64,000 nt of DNA from Azolla caroliniana (lineage: Eukaryota; Plantae; Polypodiophyta), in the NCBI GenBank assembly GCA_043228905.1, contig JBHGNT010000009.1, positions 1 to 64,000 of the forward strand, written 5' to 3'. The notes below the pieces were generated by a model. That model searched no databases and had not been told where the DNA came from. It was given only the letters and a program-made list of their open reading frames with translations. This document shows, in pieces, positions 30,238 through 40,865 of this stretch. The position numbers and the translations under genes are program-made. The stretch's first letter is position 1. Each line of letters opens with the position of its first letter.

Positions 30238-33172
30238 TGTTGGGAACCGAGACCGTCAATGCGGAGCATCAAGAGCACCTAAATATGAAGATCACTGAGT
30301 GTACAAGATGGGGGCTATAAAGAATAAAAACTGAGATCGAGATCGAGAGAGATAGAGAGGCACACAAGATGTATCGATATTATTCAAGATGAACAACAAC
30401 AACAAACTAGGTTGCAAAGCCCCTTATATACTAATTGGGCTAGGGCAACTACCCTTTGACCTATTTATAGAATTGTCCTAAATCTAGTTTGTCCAAGAGA
30501 TAATATGAATACGACCATTATAGACTAGTTTTTGACACTCCCCCGTACTGGGCATATACAATGAAAATATGTAATATAAAAAGCAAATGGACAATACAAA
30601 TTTGTACAAGGTTGTTGAACAAATCAGATTTTTGTTCGAGTCGGTAAACTCCAAAAAACAGAAGACCGATTTGGCGGGGGTCAAAGAAACTGAGACCGAA
30701 CCTTGAATTATCGATGATGATTGTTTGAAACCATCTTGAGTGTCCGATTCAATCAGATTGATTCTTCATTATGCCCATCTAGTGCCGAAGGGATATGAAT
30801 TGGACCGCTGAAAGACACTTGGTCATCCCATCTACGACATTATCGAATGTAGGTATCTTCTCAAGGCTTATTTTTCCTGAAATTACGCAGTCCTGAACAA
30901 AATGATATATCACATTGATAGGCTTCGAGACATTGTGCTGAACCGGGTTTTTCGACAGAGCAACAACACCCTGACTATTGTTATAGATAACTGGAGCCGA
31001 GTTGTATTCGGTTTGTCGAAATGTGCAAACCAACCGACCGAGCCATAAGGCTTCTTTCGCCGAGTCGAATGCGGCTATGTATTTAGCCTTGCTCGTTGAC
31101 GTGGCAGTGCACTCCTGAAGTTTCTTTCCACGAAATCGCTTCATTGCTGAATTTGAAACAACATCCGGTTGTCGATTTTCGACTATCCACACAGCCGGCA
31201 AAGTCCGAGTTGGTGTATCCGACTACGCCTGAAGTGTCATTAGGACTGAATAAGATACCATAGTCTTTTGTGCCCACTAGATATCTAAACACATGCTTTA
31301 CTGCATTCCAATGCGATCAGTCGGGGTTGTGCATGAATTTGTTGACGACTCCGATGGCATGAGCAATGTCAGGCCGTGTCGCGACCATCACGTACATCAA
31401 GGAGCCGAATGCCGGTGCATACGGTACCGAATTCATATCTTCCCCCTCTGGACCGGATGTCGGGCAGTCTCATTGAGATAACTGAAGGTGAATGGGGAGC
31501 GGGGTCGAAGCAGATTTGGCTGATTGCATGTTGAAGCGTTCTAAGACACATCCAATATAGTCGGATTGAGACAGAAACAATTGTCGTTGATTCCGATTCC
31601 GACTTATCTTCATCCTAAGAATGTGTCTTGCCGAATTGAGATCCTTCATGGCAAACTTCAAGCGCAGTTGCCAAACAAGTATGACGAGCTCTCCGACATG
31701 TTGGCCGGAGAGTAGCATGTCGTCCACATAAATGATGAGGAAGATGGGTGACCCATCTTGAGCTGTTTCGGTAAACTGGCAGTGGTCCTCATCGTTCTTT
31801 CAGAAGTCGACTGATTGGATGCAACCGTCGAACTTCTTGTACCACTGTCTCAGTGCATGTTTTAGGCCATATAGACTCTTTGTAAGTCGGTTGACTAGAT
31901 GTTCCTAGCCGGATGCCACAAAGCCTTTTGGCTGCTCCATATAAATTTCCTCCTCTAGGTCACCATAGAGGAATGCCATTTTTACATCAAGCTCCAAATC
32001 TTCGGCTGCCATTACGTGGAGCATGAAATGAAGGGTCATCATTTTTACCACTGGTGAAAAGATATCGTCGAAATCAACGCCATATTCTTGTCGAAAACCC
32101 TTTGCTACTAGTTTGGCCTTGAACTTTGGGGTGGCTGAATCAGACGTCTCTTTTAATTTGTAGACCCAATTGCATGGAAGAGCACGTGGATTCTTCAGTA
32201 ATTCGACCAAGTCCCAAGTCTTGTTTGCCCAAATGGAGTTCATTTACAACTCCATCGCCAAATGCCATGTGGCCGAATCGGCGGATGCCAAGGCTTCTTC
32301 GTATGACGTCGGTTCACCATCATCTGTGAAGAAGATTCCATGAGAGTACCTCTTTGGGGGTTGCGACAATCTCTCAGATCTTCGAGGTATGACTGGACTA
32401 GTCGAGTCGGGTATCAGAGTTGGATGGTCCAAAGCCAAATCATTCGACTGTGCCGAATCGGTGTGAGAGGTTTCGACTACCCATAAAGTCGACCTCGTGT
32501 TTTGGGCTGGGCCATCATGAAGGGTTGGCACTTCGGAAAAAGTTTCCCTTCGGACTTCAATAGGCATTTTTGCCTTCTTGTGCATAACTAACTCATTGAA
32601 CACTACGTCCGAAATTCGAACGACTTGTTTGTGCTCGGGGTCCTAGAGTTAGTATCCAAACTCGTTGTCCAGTTCATAGCCAAGAAAAATACATTTCCTG
32701 GACCTCGGTTCTAATTTGTGGCGGTTGTCTTTTGGTATGAGGGCGTATGCCTCACATCCAAAAATCCTCCACTTGTCGTAATTCAGCTTTCAACCGGTCC
32801 ATAATCCATGAGGTACTTTAAGTCCTAGAGGCCTACTCGGCGACATATTGATTATGTGTACTACCATAAGTAGGGCCTCTACCCAGAAGCCATCCGACAA
32901 TTCGGAGTGTTGGAGCATGGATACTATCCGTTCTTGAGTTGTCTGATTCATGCGCTCAACAATTTTGTTTTGCTCCAGACTATAGGGTGTCGTATATTCA
33001 CGTCGAATGCCGTGTTGTTGGCAAAATTTGACAAATTCTTCAGACTTAAACTCTCCCCAATTGTTAGTCGAAGGCATTTCAGCTTTTGACTGAACTGGTT
33101 CTCTACCATAGTGAGCCATTTGGAAAAGATCGAGAAAACCCGACCTTTGGTTTTGATCGGATAGGCCCACAC
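30238..33172 (-). mobile_element. 5'-truncated degenerate Copia (integrase-RT-RNaseH-PPT plus 3' LTR 30238-30537)
   Basis: Minus-strand IN, RT (KAKLVAKGF, YVDDML) and RH (GYTNSDFAGCVDSRKSTTG) fragments with frameshifts. PPT ccagtacgggggag. 300-bp LTR with TG...CA termini. Confidence 0.85.
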
Positions 33173-33174
33173 CC

Positions 33175-33572
33175 GACTCCAACTATCACTATGAGAGAGG
33201 AAGAGTACAACGGTAGAAGACTTAGAGGCAACGACCTCGAGCTCTTTGTCTTCCCCAATTGGCAGTTACAAACATAAATGACTTTCTCTATCTCTCTCCC
33301 TCTCTTGGTCTCTCTGTACAACGATAATGATAACAACATAATGAACATTGTTGCCCTAGTTATATTTATACTTATATAACTTTAGGACTATTTACAAATA
33401 TGACCTGAAACAGTCACATTGGAACATATACATAAATAATGTCTAGACGGATACCAACCGGATCCATCCAATCCGGTTTCTGGATACCTTTCAGATCTAT
33501 CTGGTCCGGTTCTTTCCTTCGGCTCGTCCAATTTTCATCCAAATCCCATCCGGAGGGACCTAATTCCCAACA
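33175..33572 (-). mobile_element. Truncated LTR related to the 54-bp-array Copia LTR family but lacking the array
   Basis: Minus strand starts TGTTGGGAATTAGGTCCCTCCGGATGGG. Shares gaggcaacgacctcgagct, actatcactatg and the TATA block with 28502-29398. Confidence 0.7.
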
Positions 33573-35783
33573 AGCCATCAACCGACTGTAGTGTCAATTG
33601 TCCAGTCAATCCAACTAGTCGCCTGGTCATAGACCATACGGTCGGCCCGATTAGCCGGTCGTGTCTTCGACCTGGATCTCCTTCCTGTTGACTCACCTAG
33701 TCGACTCTCACCGTTAACTTTCTTGTAGTCGACTCTTCAACCATCGGCATACCATCCGAACAGTTGGATCTTCCTTGTCTTCGATTGTCGGCACTTTTTG
33801 GCTCAAACAGTCGGCTCCTCCCACTAGAGGGACATATTCCCAACAAACTCCCCCTTCACTCCGGTGGATGGGAGTCAGTCAGTCTTGTCTTCTATTGACA
33901 AACTCTGAGTTTGTCCATTGATAGGTCCTTTGTGAGAGTGTCGGATCCATTGTCGTCAGTATGGATCTTCATGAGGGAAAACTCTCCTTCATCTACCTTC
34001 TCTCACAACCAATGATACCTCATTTGTATATGCTTGGTTGAGAGTGGTATGCAACATTCTTTGCAAGATGTATGGCACTCTTATTATCACAATGAAGCAA
34101 GAATTCTTCTTGCTTCATCTTGAGTTCACTGAGGAAACTCTTCATCCAAATCAGCTCCTTGTCAGCCTCTACCGTTGCCATATACTTTGCCTTTGTGGTC
34201 GACAAGGCCACAAACTTCCGCAGTCGTGACTGCCACGACATTGCTCCCCTTGCATAGGTCATCACGTACCCTGAGGTGGATCGGCTCGAGTTTCCATCCC
34301 CTGACATGTCCAAATCGGTAAACCCTTCGAGCATGGGTTTTCCGACACCATACCTTAGGCATACCCCTGAGGTGCCTTTTAAGCACCTGAGTATACACTT
34401 CATTGTTGCTTAGTGTTCTCGTCTTGGATAATGCTATGTCTGGTTTGGTGCAGACCATAACATACATTAAACTGTCGACGGCTGAGGCTTATGGTACTTT
34501 TTTCATCTCAACATTTTCTTTCTCCCCTCTTGGGCATTGCTTAGCATTTAACTTGCAGTTGGTCGGCAACACATAGCCGACCGACTTTGCTTCCGACATA
34601 TTGAACCTCTTTAGGATCATTCTCACATACTTCTGTTGTGACAACCACAACTCTTTCTTAGTTCTATCTCAAACTATGTGCATCCCCAAGATCTGTTTAG
34701 TCGGTCCAAGATCTTTCATGGCAAACGACTTGCCTAATGCTTTCTTCAAGGTACCGATCTTCCTTGTATCTTGACCGACTATCAACATGTCATCTACATA
34801 TAATAAGATAATCAAGAAATCACCTTCTTCGTACCTTTTGATGAACACACATTGATCTGCCTGTGTTTTTTGGAACCAATGTTCCATCATGAAGGATTCG
34901 AACTTCTTGTACCATTTGCGTGGAGCTTGCTTCAAACCATACAAGCTTTTCTTAAGTTGACACACCAGGTTCTCTTTCCCTTTCTCCTCAAATCCTTCGG
35001 GTTGTTGCATGTAGATCTCTTCATCCAGCTCCTCGTTCAAGAATGTTGACTTGACATCGAATTGTTTGCTGTCCAAGTTCATGTTCAGAACAGTTCGAAT
35101 GGATGTCATCTTCACGATTGGAGCGAATATTTTGTCAAAATCTACACCCTTTTTATGTTGGAAACCCTTCACCACAATGTGAGCTTTATACCTGGGCACA
35201 CTGTGAGACTTCTCTAGTCTTCACCTTGTAGACCCATTTTTTCCTAAGTGTTCTCTTACCTTTTGGCAGCTCTACTATGTTGTAGGTATAATTCTCGTGC
35301 AAGGAATCCATCTCTTCTTGCATCGCATTTAGCCACTCCTCACTATGCTTGTCGGTTGTGGCTTTTGTATAGCACTCAGGTTCACCTTCATCAGTCAAGA
35401 GGATGTATTGAATGACATATGTTGTTGATGCTCTTCTCTCTTTGAGAGGGTATTGTTGGGTATGTGAGGAAGAGTGGGAAACACACAAGAAGCTCAAAGA
35501 AAGAAGCACTCACACGAGGAAGGCAATGGCTGGAATAGCTCTCTATTGATGAATGTTTCTTAAAAAAATTAGGAGCTGAAATATATATCCCTAAGTACTA
35601 AGTACCACCACATATGAGTGACTCATGTATGTGGTAACATGGGGAAAAAACCTCTAGCCAGCACTAGAGTAAAAAGTGCCCATGTATAGGGAAAATGGTT
35701 CACATCAAAGCTACTAGAGGAACACGCAAGTGTAACAAACCCCCCTGGAGCGAATGATGTGAACATGTACAAGGAGTGACAGA

Positions 35784-38700
35784 TCAGCCCCCACAAGGCA
35801 ATAAGCCTAAAGCTTTGCGAAAAGCTTCAAACTTTTCTCGTGGAAGAGCTTTGGTGAATATGTCTGCCACGTTATCTTGTGTAGGCACATATACCAAATC
35901 AATATCTCCTGCATGAAAGCGCTCTCTCACATAGTGATAATGCACCTCAATGTGTTTGGTCCGTGCATGAAATACAGGATTTCGTGCAACAGCCAATGCA
36001 CTCTGACTATCTGTGAGAATACGTGTAGCAACTTCAATCTCCATGCAAAGATCCATCAAAAGGCGTCTTAGCCATATACACTCCATTGTAGCTGTGAAAA
36101 CTGCCCTGTACTCAGCTTCACAACTTGATGTCGCCACTGTAGGTTGCTTTTTACTCAACCAAGATATACATGAGTTTCCAAAGAAAAAGCAATTACCACT
36201 AGTGGACACGCGAGTATCATAACAACCAGCCCAATCACTATCTGTAAAAGCATGCAAGCATGGCTGAGTATCTCTGCCATAAAAGAGACCCAAGCTCAAA
36301 GTGCCTCTAAGATATCTGAACACACGTTTCACTGCTTGCCAATGCTTAGTGCCAGGGCTATGCATGAATCGACTCAATTGGGAGACTGCATACTGTATAT
36401 CCGGCCTTGTATTGCATGCATATATAAGACATCCCACAGCTTGTTGATAAAGAGAAGTATCAAACGCATCACTAGAATCCTCAACAGAGAACCTAAATCC
36501 TGTCTCCACAGGTGTATAAACCGGCTTGCAATCCTCAAAGTCAAAACGCTGAAGTAGTTTTTCAACATACTTTCCTTGATGCATAAACATTCCCCCCTCA
36601 ACGGATACAAACTGGATGCCAAGATAGTAGCTCAAAAGACCAAGATAAGTGACTTCAAAAGTATGCTGCAAATCAGCCATAAGAAAATCGAGTTTTGCAT
36701 CACATGACCCAGTCAAGAGTATGTCATCAACATAAAGAACGAGCACTAGAAGATCAGCCCCATCTTTGCGTACATAAAGTGTGCTTTCAATCGGACTACA
36801 TGTGAAGCCAAGAGAAATCAAGTGCTTATGGATTTTTTCATACCATGCACGCGGAGCTTGCTTGAGACCATACAAGGCCTTATGCAAGCGACAAACCATA
36901 TGCTCTTTCTCTTTCGTAGCAAATCCAGGAGGTTGCTTCACATAAACCTCTTCTTGCAAATCACCATTTAAAAAGGCTGTTTTTATGTCCAATTGATGCA
37001 TTTTCCAACCTCTTTGGGCAGCCAATGCAACCACGGTACGAATGGTAGTCATGCGTGAAGTAGGTGCAAAAGTTTCCTCATAATCAATGCCATATTGTTG
37101 GGCATATCCTTTGGCAACCAATCTAGCTTTGTAGCGATCAATACTACCATCGGGCTTTCGTTTAATCTTGTAAACCCACCTAGTACCAATCACATTCTTT
37201 CCTTTTGGCAATTCACATAACTCCCAAGTACCATTTTTATGAATGGAATCCATTTCTGATTGCATAACACTCATCCAATGTGGATCATCACATGCATCTT
37301 CAAAAGTAAGTGGCTCCTCATTACATGCTATTGCAACAATAGAATAATCCACAAAATTACCTGATGCATGGCGAGAGCTTGATCTTGTTTTACCAAGTAA
37401 AGGTGCACTCAATCTGCTATCTTGCAAAGTTTGTTTCAGCCACCTCGGCATAGTTTGTGACCTCTCGATAGCCATACGTTCATTATGTAATACATCTTCA
37501 ATATGTACATCATGCGTGGGCTGAATTTCATGCTCATTTTCAGCCACATTTGGTTGGACATTTCGTGCATTTTCAACACTTATTTGCTGGAAATTTTTAT
37601 CCCTTTGAGACTCACTTGGCTGGTCTACATGTCCATGGTCAAGCGCAGCACTTTGGAACAAAGGCATGAGTGTATCAAACACATCTTGTGAGCTAACTGT
37701 TGGTTGTTTTTTGCATTCAAGAAAAGGGAAAGCTGAATTTTCAGCAAATACCACATCTCGACTCACAATAATTGTGTCCGTCAATGGATGATACAAACGA
37801 TATCCCTTACTTTCCGCACTATAACCAACAAATATGCATTTCTTTGCCTTGTCATCAAGTTTGTGACGTTGTTGTGATGGCACAAGAGCATATGCCAAAC
37901 AACCGAACACACGCATATGACTAACCATAGGTTTATGTCCATTCCAAGCCTCATATGGTGTAATGACTCTCAACGCTTTTGTAGGGCAACGATTCAACAC
38001 ATAATTTGCACACATAACCGCTTCCATCCAAAACTTGTTAGGAAGATGCTTTCCTTTAACCATACATCGTGCCATCTCTAAGAGTGTTCTATTTTTGCGT
38101 TCTGCAACACCATTTTGTTGAGGTGTATATGGCACCGTACATTGATGTAAAATACCTCTTTCACAAAGAAAAGCATTAAACTCATGTGACATATATTCGC
38201 CACCACGATCCGTGCGTAGAGTCAAGAGCTTATTTGCGGAAAAATTTTCAGCCATAGCTAAAAATGATTTGAAGCAAGAAAAGACTTCATTCTTTGCTTT
38301 CATAGGATACACCCATGTATGACGAGTAGCATCATCAATGAAGGTAACAAAATATACATGCTTTCCAAAAGATGGAGTCTTTACAGGACCACACACATCA
38401 CTATGAACAAGTTGTAATTTTCTTGTAGTGTGTGTATGACTATCTTTTGGAAAAGAAGCACGATGCATTTTTCCAAGAATGCAACCTTCACATGCATGTT
38501 TTTCAATGGACTCAAGTGTAGGCAACCCAATAACCATATCCTTCTTTTGCAAGTGAAGCAAACTATTGAAGTTCAAGTGACCAAAACGAGCATGCCAAAG
38601 CTCCATTTCAGCCATGGAAGAAGTATGTACAGCCAAGGCATTTAGAGAAGCCCTCTTGTATGTATCTAAACGGTACAAGCCATTGCATAATGTACCGGAC

Positions 38701-39134
38701 ATCACGATAACATCACCATTGCTATAATCGTGAACCATGCACTTATCATCAACAAAATGTACATGAAGTCCGGCTTTGGCAATCAAAGGAACCGAAATTA
38801 AGTTCTTCTTGATACCGGGCACATACAATACATTCTTTAAGATGACAACACCTCCATTTGCAGCCGAAAGCTCAATTTCTCCTACTCCAATGATAGGATA
38901 AGAGGCATTGTTTGCACACACCACATGTCCACCTTTGGGTGCATCTTTCAAGGATGCAAAAAAACTTTTGCATGAAGTAATGTGCTTTGAAGCACCACTA
39001 TCAAAGAACCAATCCGAATCAATCTCACTTACAACCATACATTTAGAGTGCAATGATGCATCATAATGATATGTAACAACACATGCCCAATAATCTTGAG
39101 CCATGTTGGCCTCATCACTCTTTGCACTTGAAAC
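35784..39134 (-). CDS. Copia polyprotein, C-terminal part (protease-integrase-RT-RNaseH)
   Basis: WFFDSGASKH, WHARFGH...C..C, LVHSDVCGP, LRTDRGGEY, QQNGVAERKNRT, YKARLVAKGY, LYVDDILL, DSDWAG, ARTKHIEV. No stops. Joins in frame with 45808-44888 once the gypsy and one TSD copy are removed (1423 aa). Confidence 0.93.
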   Translation of the reverse strand, partial: VSSAKSDEANMAQDYWACVVTYHYDASLHSKCMVVSEIDSDWFFDSGASKHITSCKSFFASLKDAPKGGHVVCANNASYPIIGVGEIELSAANGGVVILKNVLYVPGIKKNLISVPLIAKAGLHVHFVDDKCMVHDYSNGDVIVMSGTLCNGLYRLDTYKRASLNALAVHTSSMAEMELWHARFGHLNFNSLLHLQKKDMVIGLPTLESIEKHACEGCILGKMHRASFPKDSHTHTTRKLQLVHSDVCGPVKTPSFGKHVYFVTFIDDATRHTWVYPMKAKNEVFSCFKSFLAMAENFSANKLLTLRTDRGGEYMSHEFNAFLCERGILHQCTVPYTPQQNGVAERKNRTLLEMARCMVKGKHLPNKFWMEAVMCANYVLNRCPTKALRVITPYEAWNGHKPMVSHMRVFGCLAYALVPSQQRHKLDDKAKKCIFVGYSAESKGYRLYHPLTDTIIVSRDVVFAENSAFPFLECKKQPTVSSQDVFDTLMPLFQSAALDHGHVDQPSESQRDKNFQQISVENARNVQPNVAENEHEIQPTHDVHIEDVLHNERMAIERSQTMPRWLKQTLQDSRLSAPLLGKTRSSSRHASGNFVDYSIVAIACNEEPLTFEDACDDPHWMSVMQSEMDSIHKNGTWELCELPKGKNVIGTRWVYKIKRKPDGSIDRYKARLVAKGYAQQYGIDYEETFAPTSRMTTIRTVVALAAQRGWKMHQLDIKTAFLNGDLQEEVYVKQPPGFATKEKEHMVCRLHKALYGLKQAPRAWYEKIHKHLISLGFTCSPIESTLYVRKDGADLLVLVLYVDDILLTGSCDAKLDFLMADLQHTFEVTYLGLLSYYLGIQFVSVEGGMFMHQGKYVEKLLQRFDFEDCKPVYTPVETGFRFSVEDSSDAFDTSLYQQAVGCLIYACNTRPDIQYAVSQLSRFMHSPGTKHWQAVKRVFRYLRGTLSLGLFYGRDTQPCLHAFTDSDWAGCYDTRVSTSGNCFFFGNSCISWLSKKQPTVATSSCEAEYRAVFTATMECIWLRRLLMDLCMEIEVATRILTDSQSALAVARNPVFHARTKHIEVHYHYVRERFHAGDIDLVYVPTQDNVADIFTKALPREKFEAFRKALGLLPCGG

Positions 39135-39139
39135 ATTTT

Positions 39140-39210
39140 TGTCATGGCAAGACTCGAACCCATGACCTTATGCTACATGGGTCGAGGTCTTACCATTAGA
39201 CTATACATTA
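39140..39210 (-). other. tRNA-like (SINE-head-like) Pol III promoter module at the LTR 5' end, repeated at 44443-44513
   Basis: Minus strand reads TAGTCTAATGGTAAGAC-C-TCGACCCATGTAGCATA-AGGTC-ATGGGTTCGAGTCTTGC. A-box 39203-39193, B-box 39160-39150, D-stem GTCT/AGAC, canonical tRNA spacing. Acceptor and anticodon stems do not pair, so it is not a functional tRNA. Confidence 0.7.
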
Positions 39211-39278
39211 TAAGTTGTAGGATATTATTTTCATTTATGTTTTATTTTAGAAATTGATGTATATTCCAGATTTCTCTG

Positions 39279-39324
39279 GAACATTCTAGAAGCTTCAGGA
39301 TTACTCTTAGAAATACTATAAAAG
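39279..39324 (+). promoter_or_regulatory. Perfect 4-unit heat-shock element and TATA box in the chromovirus U3
   Basis: GAAcaTTCtaGAAgcTTC at 39279-39296, TATAAAAG at 39317-39324. Confidence 0.75.
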
Positions 39325-39586
39325 AGGGCACTAGGCGTTATGTTGAACCAAATTGGTTCAACGCCAGTCTTAAGCCTTCTAGCCACAGTTGTACATTCTC
39401 TTCACGTAATACATATATTTCTCTCTCTCTCTGTCTCTCTGTCTCGCTCACTTCTTCCTTCTCTCTCAAGAAGTTCTACACCCCTCATAGTACTAATCCT
39501 TCGTTTAGTACTAATCCCTTCTCTGTAGTACTAATCCTTCGTTTAGTACTAATTCCGTCTCCGTCTTACTACTGATTCCTGACAGT

Positions 39587-39598
39587 TTGAACCAATTT
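39587..39598 (+). promoter_or_regulatory. Putative self-priming PBS
   Basis: TTGAACCAATTT, 2 nt after the 5' LTR, is the exact complement of AAATTGGTTCAA (39350-39361) at the predicted transcription start. No TGG tRNA-type PBS is present. Confidence 0.75.
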
Positions 39599-39665
39599 TT
39601 CCTTCCTCTCCCTCTTATCTCTCCCCTTTCCTACTAGTCTCTTAATTCCTCTTCTCTTTCATCCC

Positions 39666-40865
39666 ATGGCCACTGTTAGCGCTGAAGAATATCAATCCGT
39701 TTTTTCGGAGTTTCAATGTTTGAAGGAGAAATTTCATGCTTTGGAACAAGAAAACCAACGGTTGCTGGGGGATCTTCAACAAATCTCCTTAGAAAAACAG
39801 CAAACGCAGCAACAGCATGGGGAACTTGCGTTACGCGTACAACAACTCGAAGCAACCATCGTGGCGATGCAACAACACGGGCCCGCAACACAAGGAACTC
39901 ATAAAGAACCCAAGATTGGCCTTCCCACGAAGTTTGATGGAACGCGATCGCAGTTTAGAGGGTTCCTTAATCAGGTACGACTAGTTATTCAAATGCATCC
40001 TTGTCGATATCCCACCGATGCATCACGAGTGGGTTTAGTAGGAACTTTATTAAGTGGCTCAGCGTTGGCGTGGTTCGCTCCCCTATTAGAAAAGGAATCC
40101 CCGTTGCTCAATAATTTTGAAGAATTTATCGGTGAGTTTAAAGCATGTTTCGGAGATACTGACAGCATCAGAACCGCAATCAACAAAATTCGGCGATTAC
40201 GTCAAGGTGATCGTCCAGCCTCCGCATACGCTGCAGATTTTCGCCTACTCGCCGCCGATATTCCTTGGGATGATCAAGCGTTAATGGAGCAATTCCGTTA
40301 CGGTTTACGCAACGATGTCAAGGATTTACTCTTGACCTTCCCCGAAGAGCCGAAGTCCTTAACAGAAGCAATTAGTCGCGCGGTAAGATGCGACAACCGT
40401 CTATTTGAGCGTCGTTCGGAACGACAACTACAGATGCCGAGGGCAAGATCGGAGCCCACCTACGCCTCAGTGACATCAAGACCTTTTCCGAGGGAGTCAT
40501 ACCTTGCACCTCCAGCGAATACTCCGACTCCGATGGAGATTGACACAACACGTCGTCGAGGGCCATTATCCGAAGAGGAAAAGCAGCGACGTCGTACAAA
40601 TCGACTATGTCTTTACTGCGGTGGACCAGGACACATTGCAATAAATTGTCCCCATAGGCCAAAAAGGCAGGTAAACCAAATTACTGCTAGTACTAATAGT
40701 ACTAAACCTGAGTCTATTGCCTTAGCTACGCATGATAGTTTTAACAGTACTAAAACCGAGTCTATTTCCCTAGGTGTGCATGATAGTCCTAATAGTACTT
40801 ACAGTCCGAACCTAGCAAACAAATTTGATGTCCTTAGTCAGTTAGAAGAAGAGTTAAACGACTAA
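39666..40865 (+). CDS. Gag of chromovirus (399 aa)
   Basis: N-terminal coiled coil, LPTKFDGTRSQFRGF, LLSGSALAWF, LRQG...YAADF, PTPMEID, CLYCGGPGHIAINC zinc knuckle. Confidence 0.93.
   Translation: MATVSAEEYQSVFSEFQCLKEKFHALEQENQRLLGDLQQISLEKQQTQQQHGELALRVQQLEATIVAMQQHGPATQGTHKEPKIGLPTKFDGTRSQFRGFLNQVRLVIQMHPCRYPTDASRVGLVGTLLSGSALAWFAPLLEKESPLLNNFEEFIGEFKACFGDTDSIRTAINKIRRLRQGDRPASAYAADFRLLAADIPWDDQALMEQFRYGLRNDVKDLLLTFPEEPKSLTEAISRAVRCDNRLFERRSERQLQMPRARSEPTYASVTSRPFPRESYLAPPANTPTPMEIDTTRRRGPLSEEEKQRRRTNRLCLYCGGPGHIAINCPHRPKRQVNQITASTNSTKPESIALATHDSFNSTKTESISLGVHDSPNSTYSPNLANKFDVLSQLEEELND

Noticed and set aside
39140-39210. Functional tRNA gene
   Set aside because: Acceptor and anticodon stems do not pair and the T-stem is weak; reported only as tRNA-like.
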